DNA from: Candidatus Dormiibacterota bacterium
GTDB taxonomy: Bacteria > Chloroflexota > Dormibacteria > Dormibacterales > Dormibacteraceae
DNA: 64,000 nucleotides
NCBI GenBank assembly: GCA_035937155.1
Contig: DASYVJ010000058.1
Coordinates: forward strand, 1,938-65,937
Direction of reading: 5' to 3'
Shown: positions 16,310-24,665 of the stretch, piece after piece
Layout of the letters: the number at the start of each line of letters is the position of its first letter
Position numbering within the stretch: the first letter of the stretch is position 1
Translations under genes and position numbers: made by a program
The notes under the pieces: model-generated
The model's input: only the letters and a program-made list of their open reading frames with translations
Database searches by the model: none
Told to the model about the DNA's origin: nothing

Positions 16310-16654
16310 CTGATCAGCGGTGGCACTCGAGTCGCCGAGGCCTCGGGCATGTCGCGGCCGACGATCTAGAAGGCCGTCCGCGAGCTGACCCGCCCGAACA
16401 CCTCAGCGGGCCCCGGCCGAGTGCGTAGGGAAAGGGGCGGGCGCAAACGCCTGGCGTCAACTCGATCAGGCCGCCAAGGCGTTGCTCGTGGAGTAAACCT
16501 CCAAAGCGGCCACGGCGAGTGATGGTGCCGCCGCCCTCGGCACAACGGTGCCAGAGTCTCCGCCGTCAGACCGTCGACTTCCCCGCGCCTGGCATTCCGC
16601 ATGGTTCGTACACCTTTAGGAAATTCAGGGCACGCAGCGGACTCTTGCAAGGCT
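16310..16654 (+). mobile_element. ISAzo13-family-like transposase N-terminal remnant (in-frame stop plus frameshifts)
   Basis: 'GMSRPTI*KAVRELT...GRVRRERGGRKRLA' is followed in shifted frames by 'LDQAAKALLVE' and 'SLRRQTVDFPAPGIPHGSYTFRKFRARSGLLQG'. This resembles the conserved N-terminus (..sR.TI..G..EL...R.R..GgGRK...dP.L...L..LvEP...SLR.LA.EL...G..vS...V..LL...G.SLQ). Confidence 0.4.
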
Positions 16655-16701
16655 GACTCCCCGACGCCTCACGTGCGTCGGGAGTAACCTCAGGTAGGGA
16701 G

Positions 16702-17058
16702 GTGCCAGTGCGCTTCGAGAATTTCTCCTTCGGCTCCATCCGGATCGACGGCGTGACCTATGAGCACGACGTGGTCATCGACCGGGGCGAGGTTCGGAAG
16801 CGAAAAAAGAAGGCCTCCAAACGGTATCGGGACGGCTACGGCCATACTCCGCTCTCGGCCAAAGAAGACATCCCCTGGCAGTGCCGCCGGCTAGTGGTAG
16901 GAACCGGAGCCGAGGGCAGGTTGCCGGTGATGGACGAGGTGCGAAAGGAGGCCCAGCTTCGCAAGGTGGAGCTCCTGAGCCTGACGACCAAAGATGCCGT
17001 CGCCATCCTGAATGAGAGCGGTAAGTACACCAACGCCGTCCTGCACGTGACCTGCTGA
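16702..17058 (+). CDS. Mth938-like (DUF498) domain protein
   Basis: 'FGSIRIDGVTYEHDVVIDRGEVRKRKKKASK...LVVGTGAEGRLPVMDEVRKEA' fits the Mth938/DUF498 pattern. An alternative GTG start at 16708 has better spacing from GGGAGG. Confidence 0.65.
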   Translation: MPVRFENFSFGSIRIDGVTYEHDVVIDRGEVRKRKKKASKRYRDGYGHTPLSAKEDIPWQCRRLVVGTGAEGRLPVMDEVRKEAQLRKVELLSLTTKDAVAILNESGKYTNAVLHVTC

Positions 17059-17485
17059 AGCTTTAACTAATCCTTTGGGGATGCTTTTGTTCGGTCGCAC
17101 GGCCGCATATACGTTGATGATCGTCGGCCAGAAATGAGCACGTGCTTCCGCCATCCATGATCCCGGCGACACGACGATCAAGCGCAACCGACCGAGCTGA
17201 CCATGCTGTAGCAATAGAACGTGTGAAGGAAGGCTCAGCCGCGGATTCGGTGACAGCCTGCCGGGCTCACTCGCCGGAGAGGGCGACCGCCAAACCTTCA
17301 CGTCGAAGGTCAGAGGCCGCCCTCGCTAAGCTTCGCTAGCGGCTGGTCGCCGCCGGCGCCAGAATCTCGGTGAATAAGACCTCGAAGTTCTCGACCTTGG
17401 CCCCCTTGAGACCGAATTTCTTGATCGCCTCGTCGCGGAGGCCGGTGGCTGTCGCCGCACTGTTCTGCAGATCCTTCTGGCTGTC

Positions 17486-17666
17486 CCAGGAATACATCAC
17501 CTTGGCGCAACTCGTGCCTGATGAACCTGATCAGGTCGGGCTCATACGTTCCGGTGTAAAAGAGCGTCCTCTGGAGGTTGTCACGGAGGTCGAGTTGCAG
17601 CCGAAGGCCGAGCCGGCGAACGCGGAGAACCGGGTCAACCTCGGCCCATGCCGCAGGAATGGCGGA
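17486..17666 (-). pseudogene. FkbM-family methyltransferase N-terminal fragment
   Basis: 'LQLDLRDNLQRTLFYTGTYEPDLIRFIRHELRQGDVFL' matches the FkbM N-terminal pattern (G.yE......l...l..GdvvlDvGAn.G). The expected DxGAxxG motif is missing and the frame degenerates. Confidence 0.4.
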
Positions 17667-18115
17667 GATGCCAGGAGTACTGCCAGGTGGAAGAGCAACT
17701 CGGAGTTGCCCTCGTCTCCAGCCCGCGGTGGATTGAGAGGTCAGCATGATCAGGCGCGCTGTTAGTGACCTAGCCAGTTGCGGTCTCAACCTACACGCCG
17801 CGGTGATGAACAACCGCCAGCTGCCCTCCCGGAAGGTATGTGTCAGTCCCAATTTACAGCCAGACACTACGACTTGGCGTGCCGGCGCTCCGCGTGGCCC
17901 CGCTTTTTGGCCGCATTCCAACCAGCGGATGTTTCGAGTTCCGACTTCGTTCCGCTCGCCGGAATGATCGGAAATGATCCCTCCAAAAAACGATCATTTG
18001 GGGCGGACGAATCCATTCGGCCTCGCATGGGTCTGGATCCGCTGACCGCGCTTCTGATGCTGAGCGCCAACGTCCGGCGCCTCGTCGACCACTAGCCCTA
18101 GTCCGGCCCCCGCTT

Positions 18116-18168
18116 GAGTTCAAGTTGATGCACTTTTGGCGAACACGGGGCACCGGCCCGGACTGACC
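18116..18168 (+). repeat. family-1 intergenic repeat, copy c
   Basis: 'GAGTTCAAGTTGATGCACTTTTGGCGAACACGGGGCACCggcccggactgacc'. Confidence 0.75.
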
Positions 18169-18305
18169 TGGGCCTGCTGACAGACTGAAGTGTGACCGCA
18201 AGGTGAGGGCGTGGCGCCACGCAGAAGCCGGAACACGGCATAAGCGAGATTCGCGAGCATGGCGGCGGATCCTGCCGGGTGAACCGCGCTCGCGGACGGT
18301 CCGAC

Positions 18306-18479
18306 TCAGTACTTGCTTGGCGCCTTGGTGCTGAAGTTCGAGACCAACTGCTGCACCCGGGACTTGCCGCACTTGGGGCACTTTGGCGGCCGTTTCTTCA
18401 GCCGGTCGTGCTCGGTGATCGGGACGGTAACCTCAAATTGCTTGCCGCACGACTTGCACTCGAACTGGTAGACAGCCAT
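18306..18479 (-). CDS. FmdB-family zinc-ribbon regulatory protein (57 aa; below the ORF-track cutoff)
   Basis: Hand translation: 'MAVYQFECKSCGKQFEVTVPITEHDRLKKRPPKCPKCGKSRVQQLVSNFSTKAPSKY*'. It has the canonical M.Y.Y.C..CG..FE start and a second CPxCG knuckle. Confidence 0.8.
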   Translation of the reverse strand: MAVYQFECKSCGKQFEVTVPITEHDRLKKRPPKCPKCGKSRVQQLVSNFSTKAPSKY

Positions 18480-18665
18480 GACTCTGAACCTCTGACATCA
18501 GCTCACCACCGGCAATACCCGCGCCGTCAAGCCCGCCGACCGCGGAGGGCGTTAATCCGAGCAACGGACTTCCGCCAGTCTGACTCCAACGCCTGACGGC
18601 AAACGCCAACGGCTATCGGCGCAGGCTTCAATCGGAGCGACTGCTCTGCGAGCGGTGTAATACAT

Positions 18666-19838
18666 GTGGATAGAACGGTGGGCTCGGAATGGACTCTACA
18701 GCGGCACCGGCGAGCGGCCGCACTGATCGCCCTCGCGGTGCTCGTGATCGCCTCGGCAAGCGCCGCTTACCTGCGCTCGACAAGGACGTCACAACCACCG
18801 ACACCAGCATCAGCGCTAACGATCAGTCCACTGCAGGTCACGAGCAATGCAGTCGACTACGACTTCGTCACGCCATCGATGGGATGGGCGTCGTTAATCG
18901 TGGCGGGACCATCGTCTGGAGCCGGAGAATTCCGGGTCTTCAGAACCATCGATGGCGCAAAGCACTGGCAGCAACAGCTTGTAGGGCCAAGCAGCTTCCC
19001 CGGCTTCAGCCCGATAACAGTTCAATTCTTCGGCAAAACACGCGGCTTCCTGGCCGTTGGAGGGCCAGTCGAGCAGCTCTACAGGACCGATGACGGTGGC
19101 GCGCACTGGAACCCAATCGCGCTCCCTCTTCCTCGCGTCGATGCGATTACTTTTAGCGACACAACGCACGGCTGGATGCTTGGCTATGCAAGCTTTGGGC
19201 TCCCCGGACTGCTTGGCAATCTTTACGCGACATCTGATGCGGGCCAAACGTGGCAGCGGCTCCCAGATCCACCGGCAGACGCGGCCGGCCTGAGCATCCG
19301 GCGGCCGACCGAAGGATGGATGGGCGGCTTCGGACCTGGGCCGCCGCACGTCTATGCCTCGAGCGACGCAGGCCAGAGTTGGCAACGACACGATCTTCCC
19401 GCGCCCCCAGGCGGATCGTGGGACCCCACCTTGGCCTACCAAGCCTTCGTCGATCTCTTGCCGGGCGCCGGAGTAGTCGCGTCGGCCTTTGGCGAATGTG
19501 CGCAGAACGGCTGCCTTGCGCCCGGCCCCTTTTACCTCACGTCCTCTGCTGGCGGCATTACTTGGCGCCCCTTCCCGTCCCCGCCGGGAGTCCTCGCGTA
19601 TCAGGACTCAGTTCATTGGTGGGCGATGAGCGCAAACGCACTGTTCAAGTCGAGTGACGCGGGGCAGTCGTGGAGACAGGTAGCCACGCTACCGCCGGGT
19701 CGGCAGTTCACTGTGCCTGGCATTCTAGATTCGATGCACGCTTGGTCCTCTCTCTTCGTCATGGGCGGCTATGGATTGGCTGTCACCAACGATGGCGGCC
19801 TCCACTGGACCGAAGCGAACGTCCCGCAGCCAACCTAG
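18666..19838 (+). CDS. membrane-anchored BNR-repeat / Ycf48-like beta-propeller protein
   Basis: N-terminal TM anchor 'AALIALAVLVIASASAAYL'. Seven SxDxGxxW-type motifs (TIDGAKHW, TDDGGAHW, TSDAGQTW, SSDAGQSW, SSAGGITW, SSDAGQSW, TNDGGLHW). Confidence 0.8.
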   Translation: MDRTVGSEWTLQRHRRAAALIALAVLVIASASAAYLRSTRTSQPPTPASALTISPLQVTSNAVDYDFVTPSMGWASLIVAGPSSGAGEFRVFRTIDGAKHWQQQLVGPSSFPGFSPITVQFFGKTRGFLAVGGPVEQLYRTDDGGAHWNPIALPLPRVDAITFSDTTHGWMLGYASFGLPGLLGNLYATSDAGQTWQRLPDPPADAAGLSIRRPTEGWMGGFGPGPPHVYASSDAGQSWQRHDLPAPPGGSWDPTLAYQAFVDLLPGAGVVASAFGECAQNGCLAPGPFYLTSSAGGITWRPFPSPPGVLAYQDSVHWWAMSANALFKSSDAGQSWRQVATLPPGRQFTVPGILDSMHAWSSLFVMGGYGLAVTNDGGLHWTEANVPQPT

Positions 19839-20042
19839 AGGTTCCGATGTTTCATCAGTTATGCGTTGTTGGCCGCACCTCTTCGGCTTGCCCGCATGCT
19901 CGGCAAGTCTCCGTCGTCGCACGAGGTCACGGTCGGATTGGCTGTCGCTCAAGGCCCTTCATCTGAGGCTATGACTACGTTGGCGGACTTACCAACGGTG
20001 CTAGAGGGGTGAGGTCAAGCGGGCCTGAGGCGGCGAGACAAA

Positions 20043-20082
20043 GAGTTCGGGTTAATGCACTCTTGGCAAATACGGAGCATCC
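20043..20082 (+). repeat. family-1 intergenic repeat, copy d (diverged)
   Basis: 'GAGTTCgGGTTaATGCACTcTTgGCaAAtACGGaGCAtCC'. Confidence 0.6.
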
Positions 20083-20136
20083 TAAGTATCCGGCAGTTTT
20101 GGGCGCTTGATACTCTCTCGGAAGAGCTGGCCGGGG

Positions 20137-20526
20137 CTAGTCCTTGAGGCTACGGGCCAGCCAGTCTGCGGCAGACTCACCCTCTCGACGCTCGCTGCCG
20201 TACATGCCCTGCGCTATGAGCTGCCTCTGGGCCTGCCTGATGATCGCCTTCGCCTCGGCCGTTACCTCGTCGGACGTTCGCTGGTACCGCGCGGGATCGA
20301 TCGGCAAGCCGGCTCGCTGATCCAGAATCCGCTGGTTGCGCAGGCGCGTTCGGACGAGCTTTTCCATGTCTAGCTGTAGCTTGCGGTCGTTGCGTTCAGT
20401 CCGCCTCAGACCAGCGGCGAATATCTGCTCGCTCTTGACCGCTGCCCGCTGCTTCGCCAGCTCGGCTCGCCGGTTAGCCGCGAGTCGCCGTTTCTCAGCT
20501 CGGTAGATCCAACGCAGGAGGCCCAT
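20137..20526 (-). CDS. hypothetical basic helical protein (129 aa)
   Basis: Internal ATG at 20526 of ORF 20137..20679. Arg/Lys/Gln-rich helical sequence; no motif recognised. Confidence 0.45.
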   Translation of the reverse strand: MGLLRWIYRAEKRRLAANRRAELAKQRAAVKSEQIFAAGLRRTERNDRKLQLDMEKLVRTRLRNQRILDQRAGLPIDPARYQRTSDEVTAEAKAIIRQAQRQLIAQGMYGSERREGESAADWLARSLKD

Positions 20527-20633
20527 CGAGCCGATATTGTCGCTCTGCGGAAGGTGGTCGGCCTGTACACCTTGAAGCAACACCGGGCATGCAGGAAGCC
20601 TTTGGTTCGAGATCCCACAGGGGTTCCTCCTTC

Positions 20634-21203
20634 TCACGCGGACTTCCGGATCATGCGGTACCCGGTTTGTTTTAGCCACATCGCGCCAGCCCTGACCTCG
20701 GCAATGTCGAAATCGCCACCGAAGCGCCTGCGGATCTCGGCCTCTGTCGCCAGGATGCCACGGGGCCCCTTCTCGCTGAAGGCGAAGAGTAGAAACGTCG
20801 CGCCGGGCGCTGACGCCCGGGCGGATTCATGGACATAGGCGTCGCGGCGTCGGTCGGGAATCGAATGAAAGCAACCGATATCCAACATGAGGTCGAATGG
20901 ACCGGACACGCCCAGCTCTGCGAGCTTGGTGACGTCGCCAACGAGAAGACTCGCGCCGGGCGCCTTGCGCTTTGCCGCCCGCAACGCACGCGGAACGAAG
21001 TCGACTCCGGTGACCTGCCACCTGTGGTCCAGCAGGTATTTGCAATTCGTCCCGGTCCCGCACCCGATGTCGAGCGCACGCCCCGGCGCCAGCGCTCTGG
21101 GTCCCTCGACCCACTCAACCAGCTCAGGCGGGGTTACACCCGAGTCCCAGGGTTTGAACCCGTACAGGTACGCCAGCCGGAAGAGGAATCGTGGCGTATT
21201 CAT
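20634..21203 (-). CDS. class I SAM-dependent methyltransferase
   Basis: Internal ATG at 21203. SAM motif I 'ALDIGCGTGTN'. N-terminus 'RLAYLYGFKPWDSGVTPPEL' is shared with the paralog at 28247. Confidence 0.8.
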   Translation of the reverse strand: MNTPRFLFRLAYLYGFKPWDSGVTPPELVEWVEGPRALAPGRALDIGCGTGTNCKYLLDHRWQVTGVDFVPRALRAAKRKAPGASLLVGDVTKLAELGVSGPFDLMLDIGCFHSIPDRRRDAYVHESARASAPGATFLLFAFSEKGPRGILATEAEIRRRFGGDFDIAEVRAGAMWLKQTGYRMIRKSA

Positions 21204-21365
21204 CGCCGCAACCTTAGGCCACCGTGTGAATTCTTGAAGGTAACCCGAGGCCGGTATCGGGAGGAGTGATTTCGACCACGCGCACGCCCCGGTCTGTCGT
21301 GGTTCAACTGGGAAGTCGAGGCGGCCTGCAGGACCCCACGACCTGGGCTCGATAGCGACCGACGT

Positions 21366-21434
21366 GAGTTCAAGCTGATGCACTTTTAGCGAATACGGGG
21401 CACCCTGCAGCCAGTTGGTTCGAGCCGGACTGAC
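21366..21434 (+). repeat. family-1 intergenic repeat, copy e
   Basis: 'GAGTTCAAGcTGATGCACTTTTAGCGAAtACGGGGCACCctgcagccagttggttcgagccggactgac'. Confidence 0.75.
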
Positions 21435-21460
21435 AAGCGGAGATAGCGCGGATGATCGCC

Positions 21461-21500
21461 ATTGACTGGTGGTATCCGGGCTGATACCTTACTGGTCAAT
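21461..21500. promoter_or_regulatory. imperfect palindrome upstream of the TetR gene (candidate operator)
   Basis: 'ATTGACtggtGGTATCcgggctGATACCttactgGTCAAT': outer 6-bp and inner 6-bp arms are complementary. It lies 10 nt upstream of the ATG at 21510. Confidence 0.3.
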
Positions 21501-21509
21501 CAGCAAGTT

Positions 21510-22148
21510 ATGTCCGCCGCTTTCATGCCGGGAACCAGGATTCGGGACGCCGCTCGCTCCCGCCAAGCCATTCTCGACTCAGCCGAAGGTCTCTTCGCCG
21601 AACGGGGCTACGGAGCAACCACCATGGCGGATGTGGCTGCCGGAGCAGGTCTCTCGCGCGGCGCTCCGGCTTACTTCTTCAGCTCCAAAGAGGAGCTCTA
21701 CCGCGCCGCGCTCGGCCGAGCCTTCGACGAGACCGCGAAGCTCGTCATCTCCTTTCCGCTGGTCGACGGCGATCTTCAGGGGACCCTGGAAGCAGGGATC
21801 AGCGCCTACCTGGACTTCTTAGCCGCCCGGCCGAACTTCGTTCGTCTCGTTGTGCGCGAGTGTCTGGAAGGTGGTCGCTTTCTACAAGGCCTGCCAGAGC
21901 ACGTCGCCTCCATCACCGCGGCGATGGGTGCGCTCGTCGGTGAACGCGATCGCGGTCGCTTGAGGGGATATGTGGACCCGGCACACCTAATCCTCAGCGC
22001 CATCTCGCTTTGCTGGTTCCCCATGATCGCCGCGTCCCTCGTTGAAGACCTGGGCCTCGCTCCGGGCTCCGCCAAGTTCCTCGGGGCCAGGAAGGAGCAG
22101 GTCGCCAGCCTGATCTCGCGCGGCGCGCTCTCGGAGGCGACTCGATGA
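21510..22148 (+). CDS. TetR/AcrR-family transcriptional regulator
   Basis: 'RSRQAILDSAEGLFAERGYGATTMADVAAGAGLSRGAPAYFFSSKEELY' is a TetR_N HTH. The start was chosen at the ATG downstream of the palindrome. Confidence 0.85.
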   Translation: MSAAFMPGTRIRDAARSRQAILDSAEGLFAERGYGATTMADVAAGAGLSRGAPAYFFSSKEELYRAALGRAFDETAKLVISFPLVDGDLQGTLEAGISAYLDFLAARPNFVRLVVRECLEGGRFLQGLPEHVASITAAMGALVGERDRGRLRGYVDPAHLILSAISLCWFPMIAASLVEDLGLAPGSAKFLGARKEQVASLISRGALSEATR

Positions 22149-22576
22149 CCCAGCAGGGTCCACGCGGCTTCATTTATTGGCCGACCCCGGCCCGCATAAT
22201 CGCGGTGGCCGTCGGGGTCTTCTACCTGCTGGTGGGGCTCTGGGCTTTTCTGGATCCCTCCGGCTTCTATGGCCGGGTGGCGACCTTCCAGCCGTACAAC
22301 GAGCACTTCCTCCATGACGCGGGGGCCTTTCAGGTCGGCCTCGGGCTCGCCCTGGTGCTGCCGGCAATCCTTGGGCGCGGGCTGCGGCCCGCTCTCCTGG
22401 CAGTCCTGGCGGCGTCACTGCTCCATTTCGGCGCGCACGTCGAGGACCTGCGCCTCGGCGGCCATCCCGCAACAGATCTCAGCGTGTTGGGCGTGCTCTG
22501 CCTAGTTCTCGCCGCAGCGCTGGTCGTCGACACTCGCTTGCCCAGGAGCTCACGTGGCAAGGGGGTCGACAGATGA
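22145..22576 (+). CDS. hypothetical membrane protein (4 TM)
   Basis: ATGA start/stop overlap with the TetR gene. Hydrophobic segments include 'IIAVAVGVFYLLVGLWAFL' and 'LSVLGVLCLVLAAALVV'. Confidence 0.7.
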   Translation: MTQQGPRGFIYWPTPARIIAVAVGVFYLLVGLWAFLDPSGFYGRVATFQPYNEHFLHDAGAFQVGLGLALVLPAILGRGLRPALLAVLAASLLHFGAHVEDLRLGGHPATDLSVLGVLCLVLAAALVVDTRLPRSSRGKGVDR

Positions 22577-23508
22577 AGGTCTTCCTGGCCGGTGGCGGGG
22601 GCGTGATCGGGCGCCGGCTGATCCCGCAGCTGGTGGCAGCCGGCCACGAGGTGGCAGCCACTACGCGGTTCGACGAGAAGGCGAGCCTGCTGCGCTCATT
22701 GGGTGCCCGCCCGCTGGTGCTCGACGCACTCGACGAGGACGCTGTTACCCGGGCCGTTCGTGACTTCGCGCCTGATGCAGTCATGAACCAACTCACCCAG
22801 CTACCGCAGAGATATAACCCTCGGAAGCTGCAGCCGTGGTATGACCGCACATCCCGGCTGCGAACAACCGGGACCCAGCTCTTGCTCGGGGCTGCTCGAG
22901 AGACAGGCGCTAACCGGTTCATCTACCAGTCGATCGCCTTCATGTACGCAGCGGTCGGCCCACCCGTGGTGGACGAGGAGGCTCCGATCGCGCTCGACGC
23001 CCCGGAGCCATTCAGCTCCATGTTTCGGGCGACGATAGAGGGGGAGCGGCTCGCGCTGAGCTCGGATGGTGTGACCGGTGTCGTTCTGCGCTACGGGCAG
23101 CTCTACGGGCCCGGCACTTATTTCAGCGGCAGCGGCGACTTCGCTCGCCAGGCAAAGCAGCGGATGCTGCCCATAGTCGGTCGCGGAGGGGGTGTGTTCT
23201 CCTTTCTCCACGTCGACGATGCGGCGTCGGCGGCGCTCTGCGCGCTTGAACGCGGCGCGGGCGTTTACAACATCGTCGATGACGAGCCGGTTTCCTGTCG
23301 TGAGTGGATTCCCGCCTTCTGTGCTCAGCTCGGGGCGCCGTCACCCCGGCGCGTCCCCGGATGGCTCGTCACCATCGCGGCCGGACGCTTCGCCTCCGAG
23401 ACTCTGCAGAACGGCCGAGGAGCCACGAACGCGAAGGCGAAGCGCGAATTGGGCTGGTCACCACTTCACCCGACCTGGCGCACTGGCTTTCTCGCGGGCT
23501 CGACCTAG
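22573..23508 (+). CDS. NAD-dependent epimerase/dehydratase-family (extended SDR) protein
   Basis: Rossmann motif 'MKVFLAGGGGVIGRRLIPQL'. ATGA overlap with the upstream gene. Confidence 0.85.
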   Translation: MKVFLAGGGGVIGRRLIPQLVAAGHEVAATTRFDEKASLLRSLGARPLVLDALDEDAVTRAVRDFAPDAVMNQLTQLPQRYNPRKLQPWYDRTSRLRTTGTQLLLGAARETGANRFIYQSIAFMYAAVGPPVVDEEAPIALDAPEPFSSMFRATIEGERLALSSDGVTGVVLRYGQLYGPGTYFSGSGDFARQAKQRMLPIVGRGGGVFSFLHVDDAASAALCALERGAGVYNIVDDEPVSCREWIPAFCAQLGAPSPRRVPGWLVTIAAGRFASETLQNGRGATNAKAKRELGWSPLHPTWRTGFLAGST

Positions 23509-23531
23509 GTCGTAGAGGCCGCGTCCACCTC

Positions 23532-23617
23532 GAGTTCAGGTTGATGCACTTTTAGCAAACACGGGGCACCCTGGCCGTCGTGTGCATCAACCGAAGTTGG
23601 AATCGCCCGGGCATGAC
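23532..23617 (+). repeat. family-1 intergenic repeat, copy f (longest; contains an 11-bp perfect inverted repeat)
   Basis: 'GAGTTCAGGTTGATGCACTTTTAGCAAACACGGGGCACCctggccgtcgtGTGCATCAACCgaagttgg...gcccgggcatgac'. GGTTGATGCAC (23539-23549) pairs with GTGCATCAACC (23582-23592). Confidence 0.75.
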
Positions 23618-23693
23618 CAGATTGGCGTGACTTGTCGAAGGCGGAGTACCCCTCAGACCTCGTCAGACGGCCTCGTAGCCTCGGGGGTAAGCT

Positions 23694-24158
23694 GTGGCCG
23701 TGCCGTTTGACGAGCCCGGGATACAGGTGATCACCTTATCGCTCATTTCCGTGGCGGCAGTGCTCGGCCTTGTGAGCGTGACGCTGGGGCTGTTTTCCAC
23801 TCTGACGGGCAAAGATCCCTTGCCCAAGCGCATTCGGAGCCTGCTGCGACGGGTGCCGGCGTCGGCGGAGGATTTTCGCCTCCGAGGCATGAGCCTGACG
23901 CTTAACGGGGCGGCGGTGATGCTGATGGCGTCGCTCCTGACCATCAATGTTGTGGATAGGCTCGCCCTCGGCGGCTGGTCGGGCTATGCTCCGTCCGCCT
24001 CGGTGGCGTTCCCGAAGGACACCGTGTTTCTTGTCACCACGGTCGCGGCTCTTGCCGCCATGGCCTGCTTCATCGGGGCATACACCTTGGGCGTTCGTGT
24101 GCGGTACGTGAGCACCCGGGCCTCGACCGGCGCACAGCCGGGGATGCCGCCGGCGTAA
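23694..24158 (+). CDS. hypothetical membrane protein (about 4 TM)
   Basis: Hydrophobic segments 'VITLSLISVAAVLGLVSVTLGLF', 'AAVMLMASLLTINVV' and 'VFLVTTVAALAAMACFIGAY'. Confidence 0.6.
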   Translation: MAVPFDEPGIQVITLSLISVAAVLGLVSVTLGLFSTLTGKDPLPKRIRSLLRRVPASAEDFRLRGMSLTLNGAAVMLMASLLTINVVDRLALGGWSGYAPSASVAFPKDTVFLVTTVAALAAMACFIGAYTLGVRVRYVSTRASTGAQPGMPPA

Positions 24159-24665
24159 AACTCCGTCTAACCGCTCCTACACGCGACGGGCGGCCTGTGC
24201 CGGCGGCTGCGCGGGGGCCGCCGTGGACTCGAACAACGCACCTCCGCGGTAGACCGGCGTGCGCGCTGTGGCGTGAACTCGGCAACCTCCGACGGTGTGG
24301 CCGGTGTTATGTCGCTCAGGCGGCGACGCCGCGGTAGGCGCTCGGGTCGCTCGGGACCGTCATCTCCCCGGTGACGGGGGAGGGCGAAAAGCGGCTCTTA
24401 GACTACGCGTTCAGACTTGAGTGACATTGCCCGCGCAGCGCCGACAGCTTATGCGCCTTGTCCAGGACTTCGTCCTCGATCAAGGCAACGTGGGGTGCTG
24501 GATAGTACTCGCCCCGGAAGAAGATTTGATTCTCTGTGGTTCCGGGCTGAGGTTTGAGGCCAGGAGGGGTCAAGGCGTCATGGCGACTCCGGCTGAGAGT
24601 TGTGGTCACGGCACGAAGCGCGCACGTCTGACAGTTGCCACGTCCGCGTAGCGGTTGCGCAAGCC

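Noticed and set aside
17310-18381. ORFs 17310-17921(-), 17778-18095(+) and 17854-18381(-) as intact genes
   Set aside because: Only a ~60-aa stretch (FkbM-like) looks protein-like. The rest is Arg/Gly/Pro-rich, mutually overlapping, and runs through a family-1 repeat and the real FmdB gene.
18116-23570. Sigma-54 promoter (TGGCAC-N5-TTGC) inside the family-1 repeat core 'TGATGCACTTTTAGC'
   Set aside because: The first dinucleotide is TG rather than GG. Its spacing to GC is 8 nt rather than the required 10 nt.
13875-23617. Family-1 repeats as a CRISPR array or as integron attC sites
   Set aside because: Spacing is irregular (0.9-2.5 kb) and whole genes lie between copies. Copies occur in both orientations. 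No cas or intI gene is present. The core does not fit the attC R''/R' consensus (RYYYAAC / GTTRRRY): GTTGATG fails at two positions.
24205-24290. Possible second tRNA (GTTCGAGTCCAC-like T-loop and a GGAGGTTGCCGAGT-like 5' end on the minus strand)
   Set aside because: No acceptor stem can be formed: the 5' GGAGGTT has no AACCTCC partner. No D-stem or anticodon stem pairs. It is most likely a chance resemblance.
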